A stretch of DNA of 64,000 nucleotides from Ylistrum balloti. Taxonomy: Eukaryota. The translations under genes were made by a program, and so were the position numbers. The notes beneath the pieces were generated by a model. It made no database searches. It had not been told where the DNA came from and saw only the letters and a program-made list of their open reading frames with translations. Location: NCBI RefSeq assembly GCF_031769215.1, contig NW_026782432.1:186001-250000 (forward strand), written 5' to 3'. Below are positions 37,561 to 48,720 of this stretch, in pieces (the stretch's first letter is position 1; each line of letters opens with the position of its first letter).

Positions 37561-39378
37561 ATTGCTAACCTCTGGTGTCTCCTCTGTATCTGTTATGAGA
37601 TCTGTTGGAAGATTAGATGACAAATCAAATCCCATAAAATCAAAATTGTATGATTTCTCACCTGAATGTATCTTAACATGTTTACGTAGGGCAGATGAGG
37701 AACAAAACGTTTTATCGCAGTTGTCACACTTGTATGGTTTCTCTCCCGTATGAGTTCTCTGATGAATCTTTAAATCGTTTACCTGTCTCAACTCCTTTCC
37801 ACAAATATCACATTTATACGGCTTTTCCCCTGTGTGTGTCCGTATATGATTACTCAAGTGCCCTGATTCGGCAAATGCTTTACCGCAAAAATAACACTTG
37901 TGTCGCTTCTCGCCTGTATGTGTTCTCATATGTCGATGAAGACTCGAGGAAAAACTGAAATCTTTACCACAGATTTCACACTTGCACGGCTTTTCCCCTG
38001 TGTGTGTCCGCAGGTGCATTTTAACATCGTTTGTCTGTGAAAATTCTTTACCACAAATCTTACATTCATACGGCTTTTCCCCAGTATGTATCATCATATG
38101 TGAGTGCAAGTTTGCTGACTGGCTAAAGGCCCTCCCACATATGTCGCACTTGTATGGTCTTTCCCCAGTATGTGTTCGCATGTGTTTCTGTAAATTAGAA
38201 GTGCGACCAAAACTTTTTCCACAGACATCACACTTATGTGGTTTCTCGCCTGTATGCGTTCTCATGTGAGCTTGCAGGGCTGATGCCTGACTAAATTCCT
38301 TAATGCATACATCACATTTATATGGTTTCTCACCAGTATGTGTCCGTAAATGTCTCTTAACATCAGATGTGCGACTAAACCCGCGTCCACAGACCTCACA
38401 TGCGAACGGCGTTTCCCCCGTATGTGTTCGCATGTGTTTCTCTAAAGCTGACTTGCAAGTGGAGATTTTACCACATACCTCACATCGGTGTGGTGGGATC
38501 TCCCCCGTATGTATTCTCAGGTGAGCCTTGAAATATTTCCCTTTAATAAACTCCTTACCGCAGACATGACATTTGAATGGTTTGTGTCCAATGTGTGTCT
38601 GAAAATGTGTCTTAAACCCAGACACACAATTAAATCCCTCACCGCAAACATCACATTTGTAAAGCTTTTCTTCTGACGGTGTCGTTTTCTGCTTCTTTAT
38701 CCAGGACATGTCAATCAGATTTTGATCGTTGGCATCAAAGATGTATGTATAGGGTTCTTTAACAGCATGTGCCCTGATGTGTACCTCGAGCTCAGATGAA
38801 TCACTAAACTCCTTTCCACATACACCACAGGTGTATAGATTTGGTAGCTCACTAGAGATTAATTCTAGCTCAGATGAGTTACAAGGCTCTTTATCAAATT
38901 TCAAGATATTTGACTCTGCTCCTGTATGTGTCCTAGTGTGTACCTCTGGCTGAGACAAGTCACTCAACTCTCCATCATATTTCAAGATGTTTGGTTCGTC
39001 ATCTGTGTGTATCCTGGTGTGTACCTCTGGCTGACATGAGTCACTCAACTCTCCACCATACTCCAACATGCTTGGTTCCTTCATGGTGTGATTCTCCAGC
39101 ATCCCTTCATTTGAATCTTCCTCACATTTCAACATATATATTTCCTCACCTGTATGTGTCTGGGCGTGTACCTCTAGCTGTGGCGAGTTACTTCCTTCCT
39201 TTTCACATGTCGACATGTTCAGTTCCACACCTGTATGTGTTTGGGCGTGTACCTCTAGCTGTGGCGAGTTACTTACTTCCATTTCACATGTCGACATGTT
39301 CAGTTCCACACCTGTATGTGTCTGGGCGTGTACCTCTAGCTGTGGCGAGTTACTTCCTTCCTTTTCACATGTCGACAT
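37546..39378 (-). CDS. ZF4: C2H2 zinc-finger protein, 13 intact fingers plus an acidic N-terminal region of degenerate fingers, 610 aa from the first ATG
   Basis: 13 C2H2 units; the ORF-track start at 39390 is GTG; first ATG at 39378; in-frame TAA at 39450-39448; candidate acceptor TTACATTTCAG ends at 39528. Confidence 0.92.
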   Translation of the reverse strand: MSTCEKEGSNSPQLEVHAQTHTGVELNMSTCEMEVSNSPQLEVHAQTHTGVELNMSTCEKEGSNSPQLEVHAQTHTGEEIYMLKCEEDSNEGMLENHTMKEPSMLEYGGELSDSCQPEVHTRIHTDDEPNILKYDGELSDLSQPEVHTRTHTGAESNILKFDKEPCNSSELELISSELPNLYTCGVCGKEFSDSSELEVHIRAHAVKEPYTYIFDANDQNLIDMSWIKKQKTTPSEEKLYKCDVCGEGFNCVSGFKTHFQTHIGHKPFKCHVCGKEFIKGKYFKAHLRIHTGEIPPHRCEVCGKISTCKSALEKHMRTHTGETPFACEVCGRGFSRTSDVKRHLRTHTGEKPYKCDVCIKEFSQASALQAHMRTHTGEKPHKCDVCGKSFGRTSNLQKHMRTHTGERPYKCDICGRAFSQSANLHSHMMIHTGEKPYECKICGKEFSQTNDVKMHLRTHTGEKPCKCEICGKDFSFSSSLHRHMRTHTGEKRHKCYFCGKAFAESGHLSNHIRTHTGEKPYKCDICGKELRQVNDLKIHQRTHTGEKPYKCDNCDKTFCSSSALRKHVKIHSGEKSYNFDFMGFDLSSNLPTDLITDTEETPEVSNSVVG

Positions 39379-39462
39379 GTTCAGCTCCACACCTGTATGT
39401 GTCTGGGCGTGTACCTCTAGCTGTGGCGAGTCACTAGATTCTTTATCTTATACATCACATGT
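39150..39462 (-). repeat. 81-bp (27-aa) repeat of a degenerate zinc finger: 3 near-identical copies plus a diverged upstream copy
   Basis: CTGTATGTGT at 39231, 39312 and 39393; translation ELNMSTCEKEGSNSPQLEVHAQTHTGV. Confidence 0.93.
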
Positions 39463-39621
39463 GTTTGAATACTTATATCTGAACAAGACAGTGCAATGTG
39501 TCCAATTTTGGTAGGTCCATTCTCTACCTGAAATGTAACAATAAAAAATCAGTGAATCAGGTTGATCTAAGTGAGAGAAATCTATAATTATCGATAATTT
39601 ATATATAGCTCTATCACTTAC

Positions 39622-40690
39622 CCTTACCTCCAGGTGTAAGGAAACACTTACCTCCAGGTGTAAGGAAACACTTATCTCCAGGTGTAAGGAAACACTTATC
39701 TCCAGGTGTAAGGAAACACCTACCTCCAGCTGTAAGGAAACACTTACCTCCAGGTGTAAGGAAACACCTACCTCCAGGTGTAAGGAAACACTTACCTCCA
39801 GGTGTAAGGAAACACTTACCTCCAGGTGTAAGGAAACACCTACCTCCAGGTGTAAGGAAACACTTACCTCCAGGTGTAAGGAAACACTTACCTCCAGGTG
39901 TAAGGAAACACCTACCTCCAGGTGTAAGGAAACACTTACCTCCAGGTGTAAGGAAACACCTACCTCCAGATGTAAGTAAACACCAGGTGTAAGGAAACAC
40001 TTACCTCCAGGTGTAAGGAAACACTTACCTCCACACTTACCTCCAGGTGTAAGGCAACACCTACCTCAAAGTGTAAGGCAACACTTACCTCCAGGTGTAA
40101 GGAAACACTTATCTCCAGGTGTAAGGAAACACTTACCTCCAGGTGTAAGGAAACACTTACCTCCAGGTGTAAGGAAACACTTACCTCCAGGTGTAAGGAA
40201 ACACTTACCTCCAGGTGTAAGGAAACACTTACCTCCAGCTGTAAGGAAACACTTACCTCCAGGTGTAAGGAAACACCTACCTCCAGGTGTAAGGAAACAC
40301 TTACCTCCAGGTGTAAGGAAACACTTACCTCCAGGTGTAAGGAAACACTTACCTCCAGGTGTAAGGAAACACTTACCTCCAGGTGTAAGGAAACACTTAC
40401 CTCCAGGTGTAAGGAAACACTTACCTCCAGGTGTAAGGAAACACTTACCTCCAGGTGTAAGGAAACACTTACCTCCAGGTGTAAGGAAACACCTACCTCC
40501 AGGTGTAAGGAAACACTTACCTCCAGGTGTAAGGAAACACACTTACCTCCAGGTGTAAGGAAACACTTACCTCCAGGTGTAAGGAAACAACACACTTACC
40601 TCCAGGTGTAAGGAAACACCTACCTCCAGGTGTAAGGAAACACTTACCTCCAGGTGTAAGGAAACACTTACCTCCAGGTGTAAGGAAACA
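39622..40690 (-). repeat. 24-bp minisatellite, about 44 copies, each carrying a 5' splice-donor consensus on the ZF4 strand
   Basis: Minus-strand unit TTTCCTTACACCTGGAG|GTAAGTG (variants GTAGGTG and ATAAGTG). Confidence 0.96.
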
Positions 40691-40751
40691 TCCTATAATC
40701 CATAACTTCTTTGATGAAAATGATGGTACCATATGGCAGAAAATCTTGTGA
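40672..40751 (-). other. Candidate 80-nt upstream exon of ZF4
   Basis: Minus strand has a T-rich tract, ACTGAC branch-like motif and CATTACAG acceptor (AG at 40753-40752), then 80 nt ending at the first GAG|GTAAGT donor (intron starts 40671). No transcript evidence. Confidence 0.45.
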
Positions 40752-41254
40752 CTGTAATGATCAAACACGGTATATCTTTGGTCAGTTATAAACCAACAAA
40801 AATACAAATGAAAGACTAATTCCTGCAGTTTCATGTATACACTATCAATACGTCAATTGATCAGAAAGACAGAATCGAAACAGAAATATTGATAAAAATA
40901 GGCAATAAAGTTTTATTTTCTTACTTAAATTTTACTTAAATAGTGTGCCTAATATAATGTAGTATATATATCTTGTGCAAAACCCTGAAAGTCTTCCATA
41001 AGATGAAGCATTTGAAGCAATTTCTCTATTTCCCCAATTGGACCCCACCCTCTGCTGCCATTGGCATCACAACCACTGTTTGCTTCAGTCCAAGTTTGGA
41101 CAAAATTCAATCATTCCTACAGAAGAAGGATTTTAAAGCATTTAGTAATTTATCCCTGTTTTAGTGATATGTCCCTAAGGCCTGAGGGATCCGACTCAAT
41201 ATTTATACAAAATGGGGTCCTCTTCTGTTCAAATATCTGCTCAGTATTTCAGGA

Positions 41255-41900
41255 CTAGTAGTGATCTTAAGAAGAAGCAGAAAGCCGAGTGCTGGACGCC
41301 ATGACAACGCTCACCTGAACTTCCTGCCAGGTAAACAAACCAAACACTGAATACTGTTAATCCAAGCATTGTTTGCTAAAAATGCCCCATATACGAGGGG
41401 GGATTCCCACTACTGACACAGACCTAAAGCTGTCATTCAAAGGTTTCTGCTCGCAATCATGACAAAGACATAGGCCTTAACAGTCATGAAAACCTGTTTA
41501 TGATATAACAGCACAGTAGTAGTTACATTTATTAGATTATTAAAAGTTTGGAATATTTTAGCAGTAAGGTACAAAAACACTCCCCATTTATGTTTCTCAA
41601 CATTCCTACAAAATTTCAACTCAATTGAACCAGTGGAACTTAAGAAGTTTAAAATGTGTTTTTCAAGATGGTTGCCATGCACACCTGATTTCAGATTGAC
41701 CCTAAAATAACAACACTTGGTCAGGACCATCTAAGGATCATTTCAGGCAAGTTTCAGCTGAATCCAAGTGGTGGAACTTGAAAGTTTACAATAAGTGTTG
41801 TTCTATATCTGGGTAACCATCATTGTATAACCATTTTACAAAATGGCACCAATGGAACTTCAAAAGTGTAAAATGTGTTTTTAAGGATGTCGGTCATGGC
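41255..41900. mobile_element. Fragments of a HINE-like dispersed repeat
   Basis: GACGCCATGACAACGCTCACCTGAAC end motif and TTTTCAAGATGG..AACAACACTTGGTCAGGACCATCTAAGGATCATT..AAGTTTCAG motifs. Recognised by resemblance only. Confidence 0.4.
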
Positions 41901-42285
41901 TGCTGAATTTGTATGATGAATTGTGAAAGCAATAGGTAATCCTGACCTTTCTGGTCAAATAACCTAAAAAATCACAGACTGAAAGTAATGAGATCCTATT
42001 GGACTAGGACAGTGATAGTACCGGCACTATTTGCTGGATAAACAAGGTTATCACATGCAACATGTTAATTTCTTGTATAAGTATGTTTGATAATGTTTGA
42101 TAACTTTTTATTACATCTGTCAGGCCGTGTATCTTAGCTGCAATGTTGTAACTATTGAATTGATTTTGTTATTATATTAATTAGTCGCCTGAAACCTGCT
42201 TGACAAGAAAACCGTCTACAACTGAGAACGTCAAGACTTCAGTCAGTGGCCTTCAGCAACAGCAAATAACAGGCATCTTTCCCCC

Positions 42286-42732
42286 TGTCACAGTGTAAAT
42301 GTAAGTGTCACTAAGTATACAAGTGTCTGTAAACATCCTGTCTGATTTGTATTCATTACTGTCCGTGCATTTACATGTATGTCCTTACTTGGTGTGTTAC
42401 CTAATAGGTATTGTCAGTGTCTGTCCTTATATGGTGTTGTCTTGAGACTTGTACATGTCCAGGTGTGACAGGTGAGGAAGTCGTGCAAGAGCGAGTGAAG
42501 TTGTGCGAGAGCGAGTGTGTAGGGTCGTAAAACTAGGGATACCCCTGGGTGCTGGGCAGAACCACAGATTAGCCACGTTTCTCTGGACGTCCTTGGGAGT
42601 CCAGGCGCCACATATAGCTACGGATGTAAAGTACTAACACGACACCACAGTGATGTGAGGTGGTTTCATTCCTAGACCAGAGGTACCAATAAAACTTGAA
42701 ACACACAACGAATCCTAGTTGAAGGTGTGACA
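42286..42732 (+). mobile_element. Solo LTR (447 bp), probably Ty3/gypsy type
   Basis: Starts TGTCACA and ends TGTGACA (perfect 7-bp inverted termini, TG..CA); flanked by CCCC on both sides (4-bp TSD); AATAAA at 42688. Confidence 0.75.
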
Positions 42733-43553
42733 CCCCTAATGCATTAAATGTTGATAAAGACTCTGAATTGTAAACATACAGATACAAAGTTGATCTGAAT
42801 AGGAGACCAAATCTAATCCCTTTTGGGATTCCTTCTTCCGAGTTTTAACAAGCCACATGTAACTAGGATTTTGGTGGAAATCAAGGATTAAGTCCAATAA
42901 ATGATTAAGTAAACCTAACAACGTATCTTAAACCTCTAACCTTACCACGAGGAATGTACCGGAAATGACATGATCACTGTCACTGTTTCTCGTATTCATT
43001 TGCGCAAACCATTTCTTTCTTGGATTTTGGAATGAAAAGCTATTTTTTCTGTTATGAGCAAATCAGAAATAGAAATATAAGTCATAAAGTGTTTACCCAA
43101 AGTTAGCAACAAGCTCCTGTCCTTCACACAGCAATGGTTTAGCTGATGGAATACAATTATCGATATTATGCAGTGTTATCAGATCATGAGGGAAAAGCGA
43201 GACGTGCCAGTGTCACTGTAAACATCAGAAATTTTATGATGAATTATATATGAGGATTCCATAAATAGTGGCGTTTGGCTAGAGAAAGACTAACAATACA
43301 TTGCTAAAATATACCTTTAGGTGATGAATCAAGTCACCCAGCACGGTGCAAAATAATGGTCTTTGTTGCCGACATGCAGCTGTAAATCTTTTCCATACCG
43401 ATCTGCATCACCTAAGTGCTTCATATGTGGGGCATACTAAAATCCTAATAAAAATATCCGGATCACTGTTTCAATGACACATATGAGACGTTTTTGGTTT
43501 GCACCCATATATTTAACACTACTTAGCCAGTTTGATTTCTCCATACATCACAG

Positions 43554-43591
43554 CAGAGACGTATATATCACATGTGATATATACGTCTCTG
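43554..43591. other. Perfect 38-bp palindrome
   Basis: CAGAGACGTATATATCACA|TGTGATATATACGTCTCTG. Confidence 0.95.
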
Positions 43592-46501
43592 ATCACAGTC
43601 AGTAACTCACAAGGATCAAAACCGCTGAAGAAACCTTTTTTAATTTAAAAACAAAAGTACTGTGTCGTTTACGATAATCTACATGTTTCGTTTTGATCAG
43701 TTCGAAGATAGTGGCACGATTCAGGGTATATACACTTGAACTGGATTCTATACTTATGTCAATATGTGACACATCACTGTACGCATTCTCATATGTATTT
43801 TGAAATTTCTTGCGATAAAATTTGTTTTTCCTCATTCAACTCCAGCTTCTATATTTCAAGTTTCAAAAGTAAGACTGTAACGAGTCCTAGAAGGACTGTA
43901 TAGATTTACAACAATCATCTCACATACAAATAACTCCATTAAGGACCGAGGACATACTCTGTCAGCATTTGGCAAAAACACCCCAAATCGGACGCTGAAA
44001 AATCAATTTCATTGACAAAGTCATTTCTTTACTACCTAAATAATTACCTACCTTGATTAACCACCGTTCTTTAATTTTTATTCTATCGTTGTCTTGAATA
44101 AAGCCATCCAGTGCCTAAGAACAGCTCCCGAGGGGGAGGGGGGTTATTTTTTTTATTTTTAAAATCTACTATTAAATGTCCTATAATATTCTATACCTTA
44201 TCTTTATTTTATTATTTATTGATAATTGGTTCGACAATATACACGAATTTATTTTTTCAGTTATAATGGCGTCCCCTCTAGCCCCAAATTCTTGGAGGCA
44301 GGTTAAATAAATTATTCTTTGGGTATATGGTGTCTTATTCTAAATTTTTAGAATGTATCGAAAGATACTGTTTACGTTTGTGTACACCACGTTTGCTGTG
44401 GACAACATTTTACTTATATTAGATATACATTATTCCATTCAAACAAGGAAATCTTCCACGTGTTTCCGTTAACGTACCATATCTATATACAATCAATACA
44501 GTAATAACGACAGTACGGACAAGTAAATTGTCAAATTTACGAGGCAACCTGCCACTTTATCAAGACACAGATATTAAATAAATTACATCACATACATAGA
44601 ACATGAGACACATACATAATTTTGAAGTTAAATCGAGAGCGTTGGTATAAATTTAGGTGTCCCGATAATTCCTTCGGCCGATGGACGCCAAAGGCCCTTT
44701 ATAGCGAACAAAAAACACCGCAAGTTGTTGTATATAAGATGGTGATTAAAATGTCAAAAATGTTTTACATCAATCTCAGTATGTTTTGCACTCTAGACAC
44801 TGAATGTATATGTGATCGCAACGAAAACAATTGCAAGTCATACTCCGAGGAAAGTAGTCTAGCGGTACATCTCGGCCACATTCTAAATGAGGAATTGCTT
44901 GATTAAATTAATATAGCAAGTAAGTGTCATTAAAAAATAGGATGGTGATACTATACTAGTTGCCTCAGTGGTAGGTTGAGATGTACCGGCTGCAAGTTAT
45001 GTATGACCGGACCTGTATGTAGTAGCAAGATCATCTCTCGTTCATGCCGAGCAGGTATTGGGTTTGGAGTTGGTTGATCCAGTGTCGTTCCTTACTGAGG
45101 CGTTGCTGGTCACCCCAACTCCTGCAGTGGTCAATGGGTACCACCTGAATGTCACGCCACGAATGACTTGGCATGTTGGAATGTCTCGCTACAGGCAGAT
45201 CCGATATTTTCGATATATGTCTGTATTATAGTCTTAAAAGTTTCATCTCCTAAACCTTTGGGGAAAAAATAAAATTTTCTTCGGGTAATTATGCCAACCG
45301 AATAGAAGTGATAAAATCACAAGATGTTAGTGTGATGTTTTGACGACAACACTGTCGTCATCATCAAATAAATGACCAGTATGAAGCTTATTAGCGCTAG
45401 TACTGTCAATGAAGTGTACATGATAGTACGGAATCGACCAACTGTAATATTATTTAAGTTGTAATTACTCCCGTCCTAAGTACGCTCAGTCAGAATTTAC
45501 AGTGTGAGATGTTGATAAAGATCTTAGAAAAAAGGCTCAACAAAACAAGATGTATTATGAAACACTATGCCCTCGGTTGCAACGAAATTCTGAAGAGGCA
45601 CATTAAAGCTACTGTGTAAGGCATGTACTAAACTTTGACTTTAATGTCATAGTATTGACGACGTCACCGGATTTACGTCAATTTGACGCCATGTTCACCG
45701 ACGTTACATCAACGCTTTGCACGCCGCCTCAGATAATACGCATAACAGCTTTACTTTAATCATTCAGCTGATCATGATTCTAGAAAAGCTTTTCCAGTTT
45801 GTAAACACACAGAAAGAAAAACAATTCTAAATTATGAAAAAAATACCTGATAATGTTTTGAACAATATCCGAAATGAAAATTTACCTGGGCCATTTAACA
45901 TCTGTCAGATTCTATTTATTGCTATAATCAATATTATCTAGATACCAGACAGATAAACAGGAAATCATTATATTTAAGTATCACCCATATTGCAGTCATA
46001 TTTATAACAAATGCAATCTGACCGACGATCAGTGGTTAAATGATGCCGAAATGACTCTAAATTTTGACGTGAATACGTCTGTAATATTTGCCTCATAAAT
46101 GGTCATGTTATAAAATAGATATCAAATTAGCTTCCATTTCGATATGTGATTTAAAAAAACTCGTCATAATTTTTTCATTTTGCCTGATTACATGTAAACT
46201 CATGTAATATCCCGTATATTATGTTTTGAAGTACATTACTCATGGACTTGGGTATAGCCAGTGATATAATGAGAGTTACCTCCCTTTTATTAGGTTAATA
46301 ATTATATGTGTCACCTTGCTTCGAGATAAGCTTTAATGAAAGATTTGATACATAACCTGCTTTATTGTTAAATATATGTAAATGAGACATATTGTCTGTT
46401 AATGATATCCTGTAAGAGAATAATTTGTCATTACAATTCATTGTTCTATCATGATAAATACCTATACAATGCATGTTATATGAGATGCAGAATAGAAGCT
46501 G

Positions 46502-47562
46502 TTACAACACAACCAGTAGAAGGTTAGACTGTGACGTTTCCATGACTACACGGTCACCTTATAATTCTTACCACACAACCAATAGAAGATAAGAGTGTGA
46601 CGTTTCCATGACTACACGGTCACCTTATAATTCTTACCACACAACCAATAGAAGATAAGAGTGTGACGTTTCCATGACTACACGGTCACCTTATAATTTT
46701 TACAACACAACCAATAGAAGATAAGAGTGTGACGTTTCGATGTCTACACGGTCACCTTCATCTTATAAAACAACCAGTAGAAGATTAGAGTGTGACGTTT
46801 CGATGTCTACACGGTCACCTGATAGTTCTAACAACACAACCAGTAGAAGATTAGAGTGTGACGTTTCGATGTCTACACGGTCACCTTCATCTTATAAAAC
46901 AACCAGTAGAAGATTAGAGTGTGACGTTTCGATGTCTACACGGTCACCTGATAGTTCTAACAACACAACCAGTAGAAGATTAGAGTGTGACGTTTCCATG
47001 ACTACACGGTCACTTTATAGTTCTGGTAACACAACCAGTAGAAGATTAGAGTGCGACGTTTCGATGTCTACACGGTCACCTTATAGTTCTCTCTCACAAC
47101 ACAACCAGTAGAAGGTTAGTGTGAAGTTTCCATGACTACACGGTCACCTTATAGTTCTTACAACACAACCAATAGAAGGTTAGAGTGTGATGTTTCCATG
47201 TCTACACGGTCACCTGATAGTTCTAACAACACAACCAGTAGAAGATTAGAGTGGGACGTTTCCATGACTACACGGTCACCTTCATCTTATATCTCAACCA
47301 GTAGAAGATTAGAGTGTGACGTTTCGATGTCTACACGGTCACCTTATATTTCTTACAACACAGCCAGTAGAAGGTTGGAGTGTGACGTTTCCATGACTAC
47401 ACAGTCACCTTATATTTCTTACAACACAGCCAGTAGAAGGTTAGAGTGTGACGTTTCCATGACTACACAGTCACCTTGTATTTCTTACAACACAGCCAGT
47501 AGAAGGTTAGAGTGTGACCTTTCCATGACTACACAGTGACCTTATAGGTCTTGCAACACAAC
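46502..47562. repeat. ~63-bp minisatellite, array A
   Basis: ACACAACCAGTAGAAGATTAGAGTGTGACGTTTCGATG(T/A)CTACACGGTCACCTT.. unit; same family as 62095-63232. Confidence 0.95.
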
Positions 47563-48269
47563 TGACTTAAGAGATTTCTTACTCCATCGTTTAAGGTTTC
47601 CGCTCAATGTAACCTAATTAATATTACGTAATTAGATGCTGATGGTTATAAATGTAAACAGAGTGCGTTTATAGTCGATATCATTACGAGATTCCCGCCA
47701 GGTTAGTATTTTTCATTCCAAGTACATCACGACAGAGAAACCAGCAGACTTGTTTACGAACATTAAAAACATCTTACATCACATTGAAAAAGTAATAACT
47801 GTTGCCATAAATCTCCCCCATAGTCTTATAACATTAATAAACATACAAAAAAAAGCAAAACAACAAATGTAAAAATAGTTTAAATTACACATCATTTTCG
47901 GCTTCATTGTAATTATTATCACTGGCTTTTTCCTAAAAATGGATTTTCAGTGCTATCATTAAAAACACGAAATACGAAATCGATGTGAAACATAATGGAA
48001 GAACGTTCAAAGGATATTACAACCTAAATTTAACAAATAACACTGTATCTAAATGTTTGTAGAGGGGGAATTGTTCTTCCTTGTTTAGGTTTTTTTTCTA
48101 TTAATTTTTTTTCTTATTATTCTATCTTGATGAGACGTGATGTCGTATGATCATTTATTCGTGTTGGCTATGGAACTTTTGGACAAGATAAAAATGTCGA
48201 TTATATCTAATGGGCGATAAAGTATGAAAATATCATGTTATAACCAAAAACTGACGTAAAATTGAAGAA

Positions 48270-48720
48270 TCACGCATGCGCAGAATATCTATTATTAATT
48301 CAGCTTGTTAGTATGTAAATTGGGTTTCACGGCATATCCAAGTATCACTCACGGGAATTGAATTCCAGGAAATTCCGAGAAAATTGTGATAGTTATCATG
48401 TAAATGTCGCATGAAAGATTTAACAGTAAGGCTGGTCGCTTTCACATCTAATGTACGTGTTTTGTCACGGCGATCACGTGATCTGTTCTGTCTCAGCTAG
48501 ATCTTATCTCAAGTACAAAGAAAGCGAACACACATCTCGTCACTATCGATCCAAATACAGGTACCTTGTTATGTGTTTATATATGTATCTTGTCGTTGTT
48601 CTTCTTCTTCCGCTAACATCAAGTTGTTCGGAAGTCATTTTGAACGCCCGGTTTTTGCAAACTTTCATTGCAGTATCCAACACAACACAAGTGTATTGTG
48701 ACTGTTAAGGAAAGACAACT
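48270..48720. promoter_or_regulatory. Locally CpG-rich, promoter-like segment
   Basis: CGCATGCGCA (NRF1-like) at about 48272, CGGAAGT (ETS-like) near 48628, raised CpG density. Target gene unknown. Confidence 0.3.

Noticed and set aside
44940-45200. GC-richer segment resembling a SINE
   Set aside because: No convincing A/B boxes or second copy in the window.
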